Shown one piece after another: positions 1-8,819 of a stretch of 50,872 nucleotides of DNA. The notes under the pieces were generated by a model. It made no database searches. It was not told where the DNA came from and worked only from the letters and a program-made list of their open reading frames with translations. Position numbers and translations under genes: made by a program. This DNA comes from Nanobdellota archaeon (GTDB lineage Archaea; Nanobdellota; Nanobdellia; Woesearchaeales; JAHWHD01). The DNA lies in NCBI GenBank assembly GCA_034722435.1, contig JAYENX010000005.1, forward strand, positions 1 to 50,872, read 5' to 3'. Positions within the stretch are counted from its first letter, which is position 1; each line of letters begins with the position of its first letter.

Positions 1-3000
1 TCTCCTTCAGCACCAACAACTCCGTGCTCAATAAGCTTTCTTCTTTCATCAATATCGAACCATGCCAGTTCAAGAATTCTAGCTTTTTGTAACAGTTCTA
101 ATTCACTATAAGGGTTTATTGTACTTTTTTCATAAGTTCCATCTTCTTTTATAGGTCCGAGGACTCTACCATTTTCAAAACCTATTAGATGTGCTTTTCT
201 TAACGCCTTTGTTTCCCTTTCAGTAATTTTTCTATTTAAAACAATTGCAGCTTTTTTAGCTAATTCTTTTTCTTCATGATTTTTTACAACAAATATTACC
301 CATAAAGATTTTAATTTTTCATTTTCAATTGGAAATTCTTTTTCCCATTTTAAAGCTAAACTTTCAAATAATTTATTTGCTCTGCTAAGTTCATTATAAT
401 TCAATTGTGATAAGCTCTTTTTAAATTCTAAAACTGTATCACTTATACTCTTTGTGTCAACACCGTACAAATGTGCAACTCGTAAAGACGCAGTTTCAGA
501 TACCTCTAAATCATATATCGGTAAAAGCTTTGCATTTAATATTTCGTCTATAATTTCGTCTTCATTACCTATAACATCCATTTCTCCTAAATTTTGGAAA
601 TATCCTTCAATACTCGAATCGTAGCCACCCACAACAAAATGAACGTTTTTCATTCCTTGCGGGTTATTAAGTAACCACTCAAGTTCACGCGCAGTAGCTC
701 CTGCCTCAGAATGTGTGAATATATTTGAAGGAACAAAAAATACTACTTCTTCCTCCCGCTTAACTAATTCTTGCATAAACTCTTCTGTTTTTTCATCTGT
801 ACTTAATTGGAACCAGCTCCTATAAGCGTCTATCCAATTCCAATGACTACCTAATAATGAAAGTTCGGTATATGGACTTCCTGTTAATCCTAAGGATACA
901 CCTTGACTTTCCGCTTCTCCACTTTTTAATGCTTGCAAATATTGATATAAAGTCATCACACCTCGAGAATTCTGTTGCATTAGATTAATTTGATTAACAT
1001 CTATTCCAGTTTTACTTATCTCAGATTCAAGGTTTAATTCTAGTAAAGATATTTGATTATTCTTATCATCAACACTAACGCCCTTTCCACCCATCCTCAA
1101 CATCAATTCATTATCACTAAAATCTAAATCTCTTAATGTCTGAACTCTATCATCAGAATCTACTAATACCTTTAATTGTCCTTCATCAAGTGTAGGGAAG
1201 TTAGCCCTTAGAAAACCCTCTCCAAGTCCATTATACCACTGTTCTATTTCAGGCGTTATAGAAAAGTCATTAACAACATCAAATAGTGTAGCTGGTTTAG
1301 TATCGCCAATTTCATCTGCAATATCTTCAACCACATTATTTATTTCTTGTTTAGGTTCTATTTTTTCTAGTGCCAACACAACCTGTTCCTTCACTAAACT
1401 ATTTTTATCATCTAATGATCTAGTTAACTGTTCAGTTGCTCTATTATCGCCTATATTACCTAATGCTTGCGCAGCATACATTCTCTCTTCCCATTCACCA
1501 TATCTTAATGATTTAGTTAATGGTGTTATTGCCAACTCACCCATATTTTCTAGACTCTTTATGGCTTCTTGCTTTATTGTTAAATCTTCTTTCGCAATTA
1601 TTTTTTCTAACGGTTCTATTCCATAATTTCCTAAAGTTCCCAACTCATTAACAGCATTCTTTTTTTGCTGTTCTATATTAATAATTCCTGTAATTCCCAT
1701 GATTTTTTTAAACGTGCTATCCTCAAAAACGCTCTCTAATTCTTTTATTTTTTCTATAATTTCTGAATAAGTTTGCCCTTTAGAATTTGTGGGCATTTTC
1801 ATCTCACCTTTATTAATCGCAATGAATTCTTCTTTAGTTATCTCGCCTGCGTTAAGTAAATCATTAATAAATGAGAAATCATCATACTTTATTTGGCTAT
1901 TATAATAGACTGCTTCCCATAATCTTACATTCCTTAAATTATCATTTTTATAATCTGATATTGGATCTGGATGGATGATTGCTCGTCCAAAATCAATTAG
2001 TCTCGGCTCATTACCTTTGACTAATACTTGTTCATTATGAAGATCATTATTGCGAATTCCTTTTTCTCCCATTTCCCTAACAATTTCATCTAGCTTAGAA
2101 TAAAATTCAGGACTAACTGTTCCTGCCTCTTTTAAAGTAATTGTATCTGCAAAGTACTCTAATAAAATACCTGCAATTTTTCCTTGGGAATAATCATAAA
2201 TCAATTTTGCTGGTCTTGGAAAAAACCGTTTATATTCTTCAGGCATTTCTTCTTGAATAGTTTTTAACATATTGTATTCATGATCGAGTTCAAAATCTTT
2301 TTTATATTCATTAGGCGTTTTAAGAATATATTCTAGTCCTTTCTCATCTTTAACTAAAAAAGTATTTACTCCCCCTTTAGTGTACCACGCAACTATATTG
2401 TCATCTTTTTTAACACCCTCTAATTTAGTTTCTGCTTTAAGTGCCCGTATTAAATCAGGATACTTAGAATACTCACTATCTAAATTTTCATTTCTTATCT
2501 GTTGATTTTCAATATCTTTAACAAGCTCAGTTAATCCTTCATCCTTTACTTTTTGTAAATTCCCTAGTTGATACAACATATCATTTTTATTTTCTACATT
2601 AAGATTTATTATTGCATCAACATCATTAATTTTCATTAAAGCATACATTGCATTTATAGAACCTTCATTAGCAAATTGACTAAGTATTTGTACTGCCTTT
2701 TTATCCTTTATATTGCCTAATGCAGCCATTGCAATATGTCTAATATATTCATCTTCGTTAGATTCAACGATTTTAATTAAAGAATCAACTGCCTTTGATT
2801 CCTTAATATCTCCCAGTATTATTGCTGCGCCCGTTTGAACATATTTCTCTGGACTATTTAATGCATCTAATAGATATGGTGTACTTTTTTTACCGTGCTT
2901 ACTTAACGCACGCATCACTGGGTATTCGCCTGTTAGAACTTGATCAGATGTTAGAGTACTAAGTAATTCTCCTAACTCGGCTCTAGCTCTATCGCTATCA

Positions 3001-6000
3001 ATTCCTCCTAAACCTTCAATAGCAATTCTTTTCATCTGTGAAGGTTCTTGCGTATCTTTAATAATTGAGACTAAAAGATCTAATGATCTTTCATCTTCAA
3101 GTTCATTCAAAAGTTTTAGCAATTTTAATCTTCCGTAACGATCATTATCTTTATTTTTAATATGCTCTATTATCTCTGGTACTGCACCACTGGCTAAATT
3201 TTCTATTTGTTTTAACATTCTTAAACTATTAATCTCGTTGTAATCAAAATGCTTAACTAATATTGGCGCTGCAACATGCCCAATCTCTGCTAATTCTTCA
3301 ATAGCATCCCATTTTTGTTGGTCTCTATCAATTAATCTTAATCGATCTAATATATTTTTAAATACAGTATCTTCTAAAATACTGTCAAGCTCCTTAACCC
3401 TCTTCGCCACATCAACAGAAACCTCTCCCTCAACATCAACTCTCTTCCCACCCATCCTAATCAATATTTCATTATCACTAAAATCTAAATCTCTTAATGT
3501 CTGAACTCTATCATCAGAACCTATTAAGACTTTCATCTGAACTTCGGTCAGTGTGGGGAAGTTAGCCCTTAGAAAACCCTCTCCAAGTCCATTATACCAC
3601 TGTTCTATTTCTGGTGTTATTGTTGGAATAGTGCTAACTGATTCGGTTAGTGTTTGAGGTTTATCTTCAACTCCTGATATAAATTCTACACCTTCAAGTT
3701 TACCGCTCGCCATAGACTCAGATATAGTTTCTAATCTTTCTACATTATATTCGTTTATATCGTCTGTGTGGATAACGCCAAGAGCATCAACATAATATAA
3801 CAAATTAGATTTAGGGGCTGACAACTTAATTTGCTTATCTCCGTTTTTATAAACTTTAATACCTTTACTTTGCAACTTTTGCATCAACCTTTTTGCAGCA
3901 AAGTTTTGTGCAGTTGTACTTTCAACGTCTTGTGTATATAATTTATCTTCATTAAAAACCATAACAAAATTATTATCTGAATCATATAATCCGTGCGCAG
4001 TCTTAAATCCAATCATTTTGTTATTAGAATCATATAACCCTATCAATAACTGTGAACTATCACCTATAAAACCCATTAAGGCCTGAGAATAGCTTGACGC
4101 TCTATCACACTTTTGACAATTACCTTCGCTAGATCCTCCCGGACCATAATAACCTACGTGCAACGCATCTTCAAGCGAAGTTATAACTTTAGCAGTGGCA
4201 GTAGTTACTTCACTATTAACCCTTGCTCGTAAAACATTATTCAATAATGCAATAAAATCTCCATAATACTCTCTTGCTTCAGATTTAGATGTTGCTTTTT
4301 GTAAGTCCAATATTTTATTACTTAGACTTCCAATATCAAATTCAGATTTTATACTTTCTAATTCACTTAACATATCTTTTTCAACTAAACCATTTAAATT
4401 TTCGATTCTTTGTGCAATATCTTCAGATTGTTTAATCGTTGAGTAATACCCCGGTATTTTTTCAAGTATAGTTAATTGAGCTATAACCCCTGGAAGAATA
4501 TTTTTAATACTTTTTTCTTTAGAACTTGATAAAATCTTTTCAAGATCTTTCTTTTTTTCTTCAACATTATCTAGCGTAATATCGCTTACTGTATGTTTAA
4601 CTTCATCATTATCAATTCTTTCCGCTAAATATTTAATTTTCTCAACAATACCTGATTCGATATCCTTTTCTTCAACTTCTTTTCCAATTTGACTTTTATG
4701 CTGATGCATACTTGAAATTACTGTAGAAAAATATTCTGCGTATATATCGCTTCTATCCCTGATAGTTACAGTTTCAGATAACTCGCGAGCATTGAATAAT
4801 GTTTCATACAATTCATCAGGAATCTGTTCCTTGGAATTTTTAAACTTCTCTTTCCATAAACCTTCTTTCCCACCCTTTACAAATGCATTCATCAATTCTT
4901 TAAGTCTTTTTAATGCATTAGCATTATCTTGATATGTCAATACCAGAGTTACTGCATCAACTATAAAATCACTATTATCTAAAGCATGTGCAAAATCATT
5001 ATGAACTTCATCGCCCCCTATATCATACATTTGAAGTATTTTATATTTCATACTCTCTGCAAATAATTTTTCAGGGTCTTCCGATTTTAAAACATTCACA
5101 CTCTCTTCCAAGCTCAAATATCCACTATCAATTAAATTTAACATTACTGGCACTAAACTAAAAAAGTTTGAATTTGTTATAGAATCAAATAATACTTTTC
5201 TTCCTTCATTAAATTTTAAAGATTTAGTTAATGCTTCGATTATTTGTAACTTTTTTGCATTAGATTTAATTTTTCTACCTTTTTCAATAAAATCTAATCT
5301 ATCATTCTTTTCAATTTTTGAGAGCAAAAAGTCATAAACAAATAACCATCCTTTCTCTTTCGAATTAAACGAAACTAGTTCAGATACAATCTCTCGTGAA
5401 ATTCTTGAATCAGCAATAAACATATTTTGTATAACGTTTTGCATAAATATTTCATTATTCTTACTAATACCTCTTGCATGTAATGCTACTATTGGTAATT
5501 TTAAGATTGGATGAAGTTCATCAGGCAATGATGCATAAAACTGTCCTAATTCATGTTCTGGGTTTTTAGATGCAAGATTTAAAACATCACACATTACATC
5601 TTTTACAATAAAAGGGTCTGTTAACATCTCTATTAATGGTTCTATTGCACTTTCATCTCCAATCTTCGCTAACGAATTTACTACAGTCCGTCTTACATCT
5701 GAATTCTCATCTTTTAATGCTTGTATTAGTGCAGGCACTGCAGGTTTTCCTATTTCCACTAACGCCTCTCCCGCACTTTCTTTTACATCTGAATCCTCAT
5801 CCTTCAATGCTTGTATTAGTGCAGGTACTGCAGGTTCTCCTATCTCTCCTAACGCTCCTGCCGCATATGTTCTTACAGCTGAATTCTCATCTTTTAATGC
5901 TTGTATTAGTGCAGGTACTGCTGTTGAATCTTTTATCTTTCCTAACGCCCCTGCCGCATTCCTTCTTACATGCCAATTCTCATCTTTTAATGCTTGTATT

Positions 6001-7982
6001 AGTTCAGGCACTGCTGTTTGATCTTTTATCTTTCCTAACGCCTCTGCCACATTCCTTCTTACATTTGAATTCTCATCTTTTAATGCCTGTATTAGTGCAG
6101 GCACTGCAGGTTCTCCTATTTCCACTAACGCCTTTGCCGCACCCCCTCTTACATCTGATTCCTCATCTTTTAATGCTTGTATTAGTGCAGGCACTGCAGG
6201 TTCTCCTATTTTCACTAACGCCTCTGCCGCATCCACTCTTACACCTGGGTCCTCATCCTTCAATGCTTGTATTAGTGCAGGCACCGCTGTTTGATCTTTT
6301 ATCTTTCCTAACGCTCCTGCCGCATTCATTCTTACATGCCAATTCTCATCTTTTAATGCTTGTATTAGTGCAGGCACCGCTGTTTGATCTTTTATCTCTC
6401 CTAACGCCCTTGCCACATTCAGTCTTACATCTGATTCCTCATCTTTTAATGCTTGTATTAGTGCAGGCACCGCAGGTTCTCCCATTTCCACTAACGCCTT
6501 TGCCGCATATATTCTTACATCTGAATCCTCATCTTTTAATGCTTGTATTAGTGCAGGCACCGCAGGTTCTCCTATCTCTCCTAACGCCTTTGCCACATAT
6601 CTTCTTACATGTGATTCCTCATCTTTTAATGCTTGTATAAGCTGAGGCACTGCAGGTTTTCCTATTTCCACTAACGCCTCTGCCGCATATTTTTTTACAA
6701 ATGGGTTCTCATCTTCTAATGCTTGTATTAGTGCAGGTACTGCAGTTGGATCTTTTGTCCTTCCTAACGCCTTTGCCACATATCTTCTTACATGTGATTC
6801 CTCATCTTCTAATGCTTGTATTAGTGCAGGTACTGCAGTTGGATCTTTTGTCCTTCCTAACGCCTTTACTATATTCTCTCTTACACGCCAATTCTCATCT
6901 CCTAATATTTGTATTAGTGCAGGTACTGCAGGTTCTCCTATCTCTCCTAACGCCTTTACTATATTCTCTCTTACACGCCAATTCTCATCTCCTAATGCTT
7001 GTATTAGTGCAGGCACTGCTTTTGGATCTTTTATATTTCCTAACGCCTTTGCTGCATACCCTCTTACATATGATTCCTCATCTTTTAATGCCTGTATTAG
7101 TGCAGGTACTGCAGTTGAATCTTTTATCTCTCCTAACGTCTCTGCCGCATAACTTCTTACATGCGATTCATCATCCTTTAACAATTGTATTAGTACAGGT
7201 ACTGCAGTTGGATCTTTTATCTCTTCTAACGCCTTTGCCACACATATTTCTACAATCCAATCCTCATCTTTTAATGCCTGTATTAGTGCAGGTACTGCAG
7301 TTGAATCTTTTATCTCTCCTAACGCCTCTGCCGCATTCCGTCTTACAGCTGAATTCTCATCTTTTAATGCTTGTATTAGTGCAGGCACCGCTGTTGGATC
7401 TTTTATCTCTCCTAACGCCTCTGCCGCATTCCGTCTTACACCTGAATCCTCCTCTTTTAATGCTTGTATTAGTGCAATCACTGCTTTTGAATCTTTATCA
7501 TCAACACTAACGCCCTTTCCACCCATCCTAATTAATATTTCATTATCACTAAAATCTAAATCTCTTAATGTCTGAACTCTATCATCAGAATCTACTAATG
7601 CCTTTAATTGTCCTTCATCGAGCGTTGGGAAGTTAGCCCTTAGAAAACCCTCTCCAAGTCCATTATACCACTGTTCTATTTCAGGTGTTATTTCAACAGC
7701 AACCTTCTCTTCATCAACAACTTCCTCCAACTCCTGCTCTCTTACCCTTTCAATAATATTAACAGCCTGCTCCCTCGACAAACCTTGCCTATCAAAATCC
7801 TCTTTATTATTCTCATAATACCATGCAGCATAAATTTGATTATCAGTGGGTCTTTCTAAACCTTCATCTATTAACTTCTGCTTGTACACCTCTTTAGATA
7901 CGGACGTCATACACAAACCATTTACAGAACTAACCACTAGTATGAAAACTAATACAAAACTTAACAACTTCTCAAATTTCAT
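1..7982 (-). CDS. Giant secreted modular protein G1 (>2660 aa, 3' end outside window): signal peptide, ~20 HEAT repeats, atypical kinase-like domain, three near-identical linker domains
   Basis: ATG at 7982 overlaps the upstream TGA (ATGA). It starts MKFEKLLSFVLVFILVVSSVNG, a Sec-type signal peptide. By-eye translation stays in frame to the window edge (...WFDIDERRKLIEHGVVGAEG). Its absence from the ORF track fits the lack of an in-window stop. Confidence 0.9.
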   Translation of the reverse strand, partial: MKFEKLLSFVLVFILVVSSVNGLCMTSVSKEVYKQKLIDEGLERPTDNQIYAAWYYENNKEDFDRQGLSREQAVNIIERVREQELEEVVDEEKVAVEITPEIEQWYNGLGEGFLRANFPTLDEGQLKALVDSDDRVQTLRDLDFSDNEILIRMGGKGVSVDDKDSKAVIALIQALKEEDSGVRRNAAEALGEIKDPTAVPALIQALKDENSAVRRNAAEALGEIKDSTAVPALIQALKDEDWIVEICVAKALEEIKDPTAVPVLIQLLKDDESHVRSYAAETLGEIKDSTAVPALIQALKDEESYVRGYAAKALGNIKDPKAVPALIQALGDENWRVRENIVKALGEIGEPAVPALIQILGDENWRVRENIVKALGRTKDPTAVPALIQALEDEESHVRRYVAKALGRTKDPTAVPALIQALEDENPFVKKYAAEALVEIGKPAVPQLIQALKDEESHVRRYVAKALGEIGEPAVPALIQALKDEDSDVRIYAAKALVEMGEPAVPALIQALKDEESDVRLNVARALGEIKDQTAVPALIQALKDENWHVRMNAAGALGKIKDQTAVPALIQALKDEDPGVRVDAAEALVKIGEPAVPALIQALKDEESDVRGGAAKALVEIGEPAVPALIQALKDENSNVRRNVAEALGKIKDQTAVPELIQALKDENWHVRRNAAGALGKIKDSTAVPALIQALKDENSAVRTYAAGALGEIGEPAVPALIQALKDEDSDVKESAGEALVEIGKPAVPALIQALKDENSDVRRTVVNSLAKIGDESAIEPLIEMLTDPFIVKDVMCDVLNLASKNPEHELGQFYASLPDELHPILKLPIVALHARGISKNNEIFMQNVIQNMFIADSRISREIVSELVSFNSKEKGWLFVYDFLLSKIEKNDRLDFIEKGRKIKSNAKKLQIIEALTKSLKFNEGRKVLFDSITNSNFFSLVPVMLNLIDSGYLSLEESVNVLKSEDPEKLFAESMKYKILQMYDIGGDEVHNDFAHALDNSDFIVDAVTLVLTYQDNANALKRLKELMNAFVKGGKEGLWKEKFKNSKEQIPDELYETLFNARELSETVTIRDRSDIYAEYFSTVISSMHQHKSQIGKEVEEKDIESGIVEKIKYLAERIDNDEVKHTVSDITLDNVEEKKKDLEKILSSSKEKSIKNILPGVIAQLTILEKIPGYYSTIKQSEDIAQRIENLNGLVEKDMLSELESIKSEFDIGSLSNKILDLQKATSKSEAREYYGDFIALLNNVLRARVNSEVTTATAKVITSLEDALHVGYYGPGGSSEGNCQKCDRASSYSQALMGFIGDSSQLLIGLYDSNNKMIGFKTAHGLYDSDNNFVMVFNEDKLYTQDVESTTAQNFAAKRLMQKLQSKGIKVYKNGDKQIKLSAPKSNLLYYVDALGVIHTDDINEYNVERLETISESMASGKLEGVEFISGVEDKPQTLTESVSTIPTITPEIEQWYNGLGEGFLRANFPTLTEVQMKVLIGSDDRVQTLRDLDFSDNEILIRMGGKRVDVEGEVSVDVAKRVKELDSILEDTVFKNILDRLRLIDRDQQKWDAIEELAEIGHVAAPILVKHFDYNEINSLRMLKQIENLASGAVPEIIEHIKNKDNDRYGRLKLLKLLNELEDERSLDLLVSIIKDTQEPSQMKRIAIEGLGGIDSDRARAELGELLSTLTSDQVLTGEYPVMRALSKHGKKSTPYLLDALNSPEKYVQTGAAIILGDIKESKAVDSLIKIVESNEDEYIRHIAMAALGNIKDKKAVQILSQFANEGSINAMYALMKINDVDAIINLNVENKNDMLYQLGNLQKVKDEGLTELVKDIENQQIRNENLDSEYSKYPDLIRALKAETKLEGVKKDDNIVAWYTKGGVNTFLVKDEKGLEYILKTPNEYKKDFELDHEYNMLKTIQEEMPEEYKRFFPRPAKLIYDYSQGKIAGILLEYFADTITLKEAGTVSPEFYSKLDEIVREMGEKGIRNNDLHNEQVLVKGNEPRLIDFGRAIIHPDPISDYKNDNLRNVRLWEAVYYNSQIKYDDFSFINDLLNAGEITKEEFIAINKGEMKMPTNSKGQTYSEIIEKIKELESVFEDSTFKKIMGITGIINIEQQKKNAVNELGTLGNYGIEPLEKIIAKEDLTIKQEAIKSLENMGELAITPLTKSLRYGEWEERMYAAQALGNIGDNRATEQLTRSLDDKNSLVKEQVVLALEKIEPKQEINNVVEDIADEIGDTKPATLFDVVNDFSITPEIEQWYNGLGEGFLRANFPTLDEGQLKVLVDSDDRVQTLRDLDFSDNELMLRMGGKGVSVDDKNNQISLLELNLESEISKTGIDVNQINLMQQNSRGVMTLYQYLQALKSGEAESQGVSLGLTGSPYTELSLLGSHWNWIDAYRSWFQLSTDEKTEEFMQELVKREEEVVFFVPSNIFTHSEAGATARELEWLLNNPQGMKNVHFVVGGYDSSIEGYFQNLGEMDVIGNEDEIIDEILNAKLLPIYDLEVSETASLRVAHLYGVDTKSISDTVLEFKKSLSQLNYNELSRANKLFESLALKWEKEFPIENEKLKSLWVIFVVKNHEEKELAKKAAIVLNRKITERETKALRKAHLIGFENGRVLGPIKEDGTYEKSTINPYSELELLQKARILELAWFDIDERRKLIEHGVVGAEG
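1063..1259 (-). repeat. Linker-domain repeat copy 3 in G1 (ITPEIEQWYNGLGEGFLRANFPTL...DNELMLRMGGKGVSVDD)
   Basis: Shares identical 52-bp and 56-bp runs with the copies at ~3448-3620 and ~7494-7691. Confidence 0.95.
1960..2400 (-). other. Atypical (APH/RIO/Kdo-like) kinase-fold domain in G1
   Basis: YILKT (lysine), HEY (helix C Glu), LLEYF (hinge), NNDLHNEQ (catalytic-loop-like), LIDFGRA. Confidence 0.6.
3448..3620 (-). repeat. Linker-domain repeat copy 2 in G1
   Basis: Same 52-bp and 56-bp identical runs as copies 1 and 3. Confidence 0.95.
5630..7490 (-). repeat. Tandem array of ~20 HEAT (PBS-lyase-like) repeats, 90/93-bp units, within G1
   Basis: Recurrent AVPALIQALKDE-x-x-x-VR-x-x-AA-x-ALGEI-(KDxT|GEP); highly similar DNA units. 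Confidence 0.92.
7494..7691 (-). repeat. Linker-domain repeat copy 1 in G1
   Basis: Same identical runs as copies 2 and 3. Confidence 0.95.
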
Positions 7983-8428
7983 TTCTTCTCGGCTCTTCTA
8001 TAAATAGTCCATATGGTTCGATAATTCCTATGCAATAATTCAGCTACTTTTTTAAATGAAAACTTCATCTCGTCGTGCATATATCTAACAACTGATTCAA
8101 ACAATGTATATTTTGAAGAAAATACTTCTATAGGAATATAATGCTCAGATTTAATATTGAGAGTATCATGAAATTTCTTTTTAGCATTTCTATATGTAAC
8201 ACCTATAGGTCCTTCTTTCTTATATAATAATACAGCAATTTTCTTATAACTTAACTGATATTCTTCACGTAAGAACTTTACAATTGCTTCTGTAACACTC
8301 AACTCATTAGACAATATTGATACAGGAATAGCATAATTCTTTTTCTTTTCAAGACTAACATTATTCTGTTTAAGAAACTCAATAAACTTATCTACTAACA
8401 GTTTAACTTCTTTTTCCCCTAGATCCAT
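7979..8428 (-). CDS. Dual-HTH (sigma-70 region 4-like) putative DNA-binding protein, paralog 1
   Basis: Two internal repeats ending YKKIAVLL...TYRNAKKK and FKKVAELLHRNYRTIWTIYRRAEKK; clear paralog of 19359..19832. Confidence 0.75.
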   Translation of the reverse strand: MDLGEKEVKLLVDKFIEFLKQNNVSLEKKKNYAIPVSILSNELSVTEAIVKFLREEYQLSYKKIAVLLYKKEGPIGVTYRNAKKKFHDTLNIKSEHYIPIEVFSSKYTLFESVVRYMHDEMKFSFKKVAELLHRNYRTIWTIYRRAEKK

Positions 8429-8588
8429 TTTCTTCTTTTAAGTGCATGGCACCTTCATAGAAACCCTTGCTTGTCAAGACTTACGAATGCGTTCTGTCTC
8501 ATCAGACTGTGAGGTAGTTTTACTTATTATATGCTAAAAATACCTTCGCAAGAGGTTTTCTTTGTAATACTTTCAAATAATATGTAAT

Positions 8589-8605
8589 ACTATTTATATG
8601 TTTTA
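8589..8605 (-). promoter_or_regulatory. Putative BRE/TATA core TAAAACATATAAATAGT upstream of HTH-G1 operon
   Basis: 17-bp exact match to 19861..19877; archaeal TATA-like ATATAAATA. Confidence 0.65.
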
Positions 8606-8753
8606 CTATTATTTCTTCCTTATTTTAATCATTTTCAAATAACTTTTAATAATATCAGATATTGGTTAATACTTTATAAACTATTATTACTACTTAATAA
8701 TTCGAATAGATTACTAAATAAATACTAATTAATATTAAGAATTCTCTCGTATA

Positions 8754-8784
8754 TTTGTCACTAATGCTGGACAATCTTTATAAA
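8754..8784 (+). promoter_or_regulatory. Putative operator plus TATA: TTTGTCACT-N8-ACAA-N2-TTTATAAA
   Basis: Same motif and spacing at 20015..20045; TATA ends 35 nt before the ATG at 8820; SD-like GTGAGGGG. Confidence 0.65.
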
Positions 8785-8819
8785 ACTTTCACACATACAA
8801 AGAAAGTGAGGGGAAATAT

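Noticed and set aside
5630-7490. Regularly spaced DNA repeats as a possible CRISPR array
   Set aside because: Units are 90/93 bp in-frame coding repeats with no unique spacers and no cas genes
5636-7510. Two long + strand Leu/His-rich ORFs (334 and 269 aa)
   Set aside because: Antisense shadows of the minus-strand HEAT array; the repetitive frame simply lacks stops
8440-8570. CTGATGAG on the minus strand in the ~160-nt leader of HTH paralog 1, as a possible hammerhead ribozyme or C/D sRNA
   Set aside because: No correctly placed GAAA after stem II and no stem I partner; only short hairpins. An Infernal/Rfam scan would settle it.
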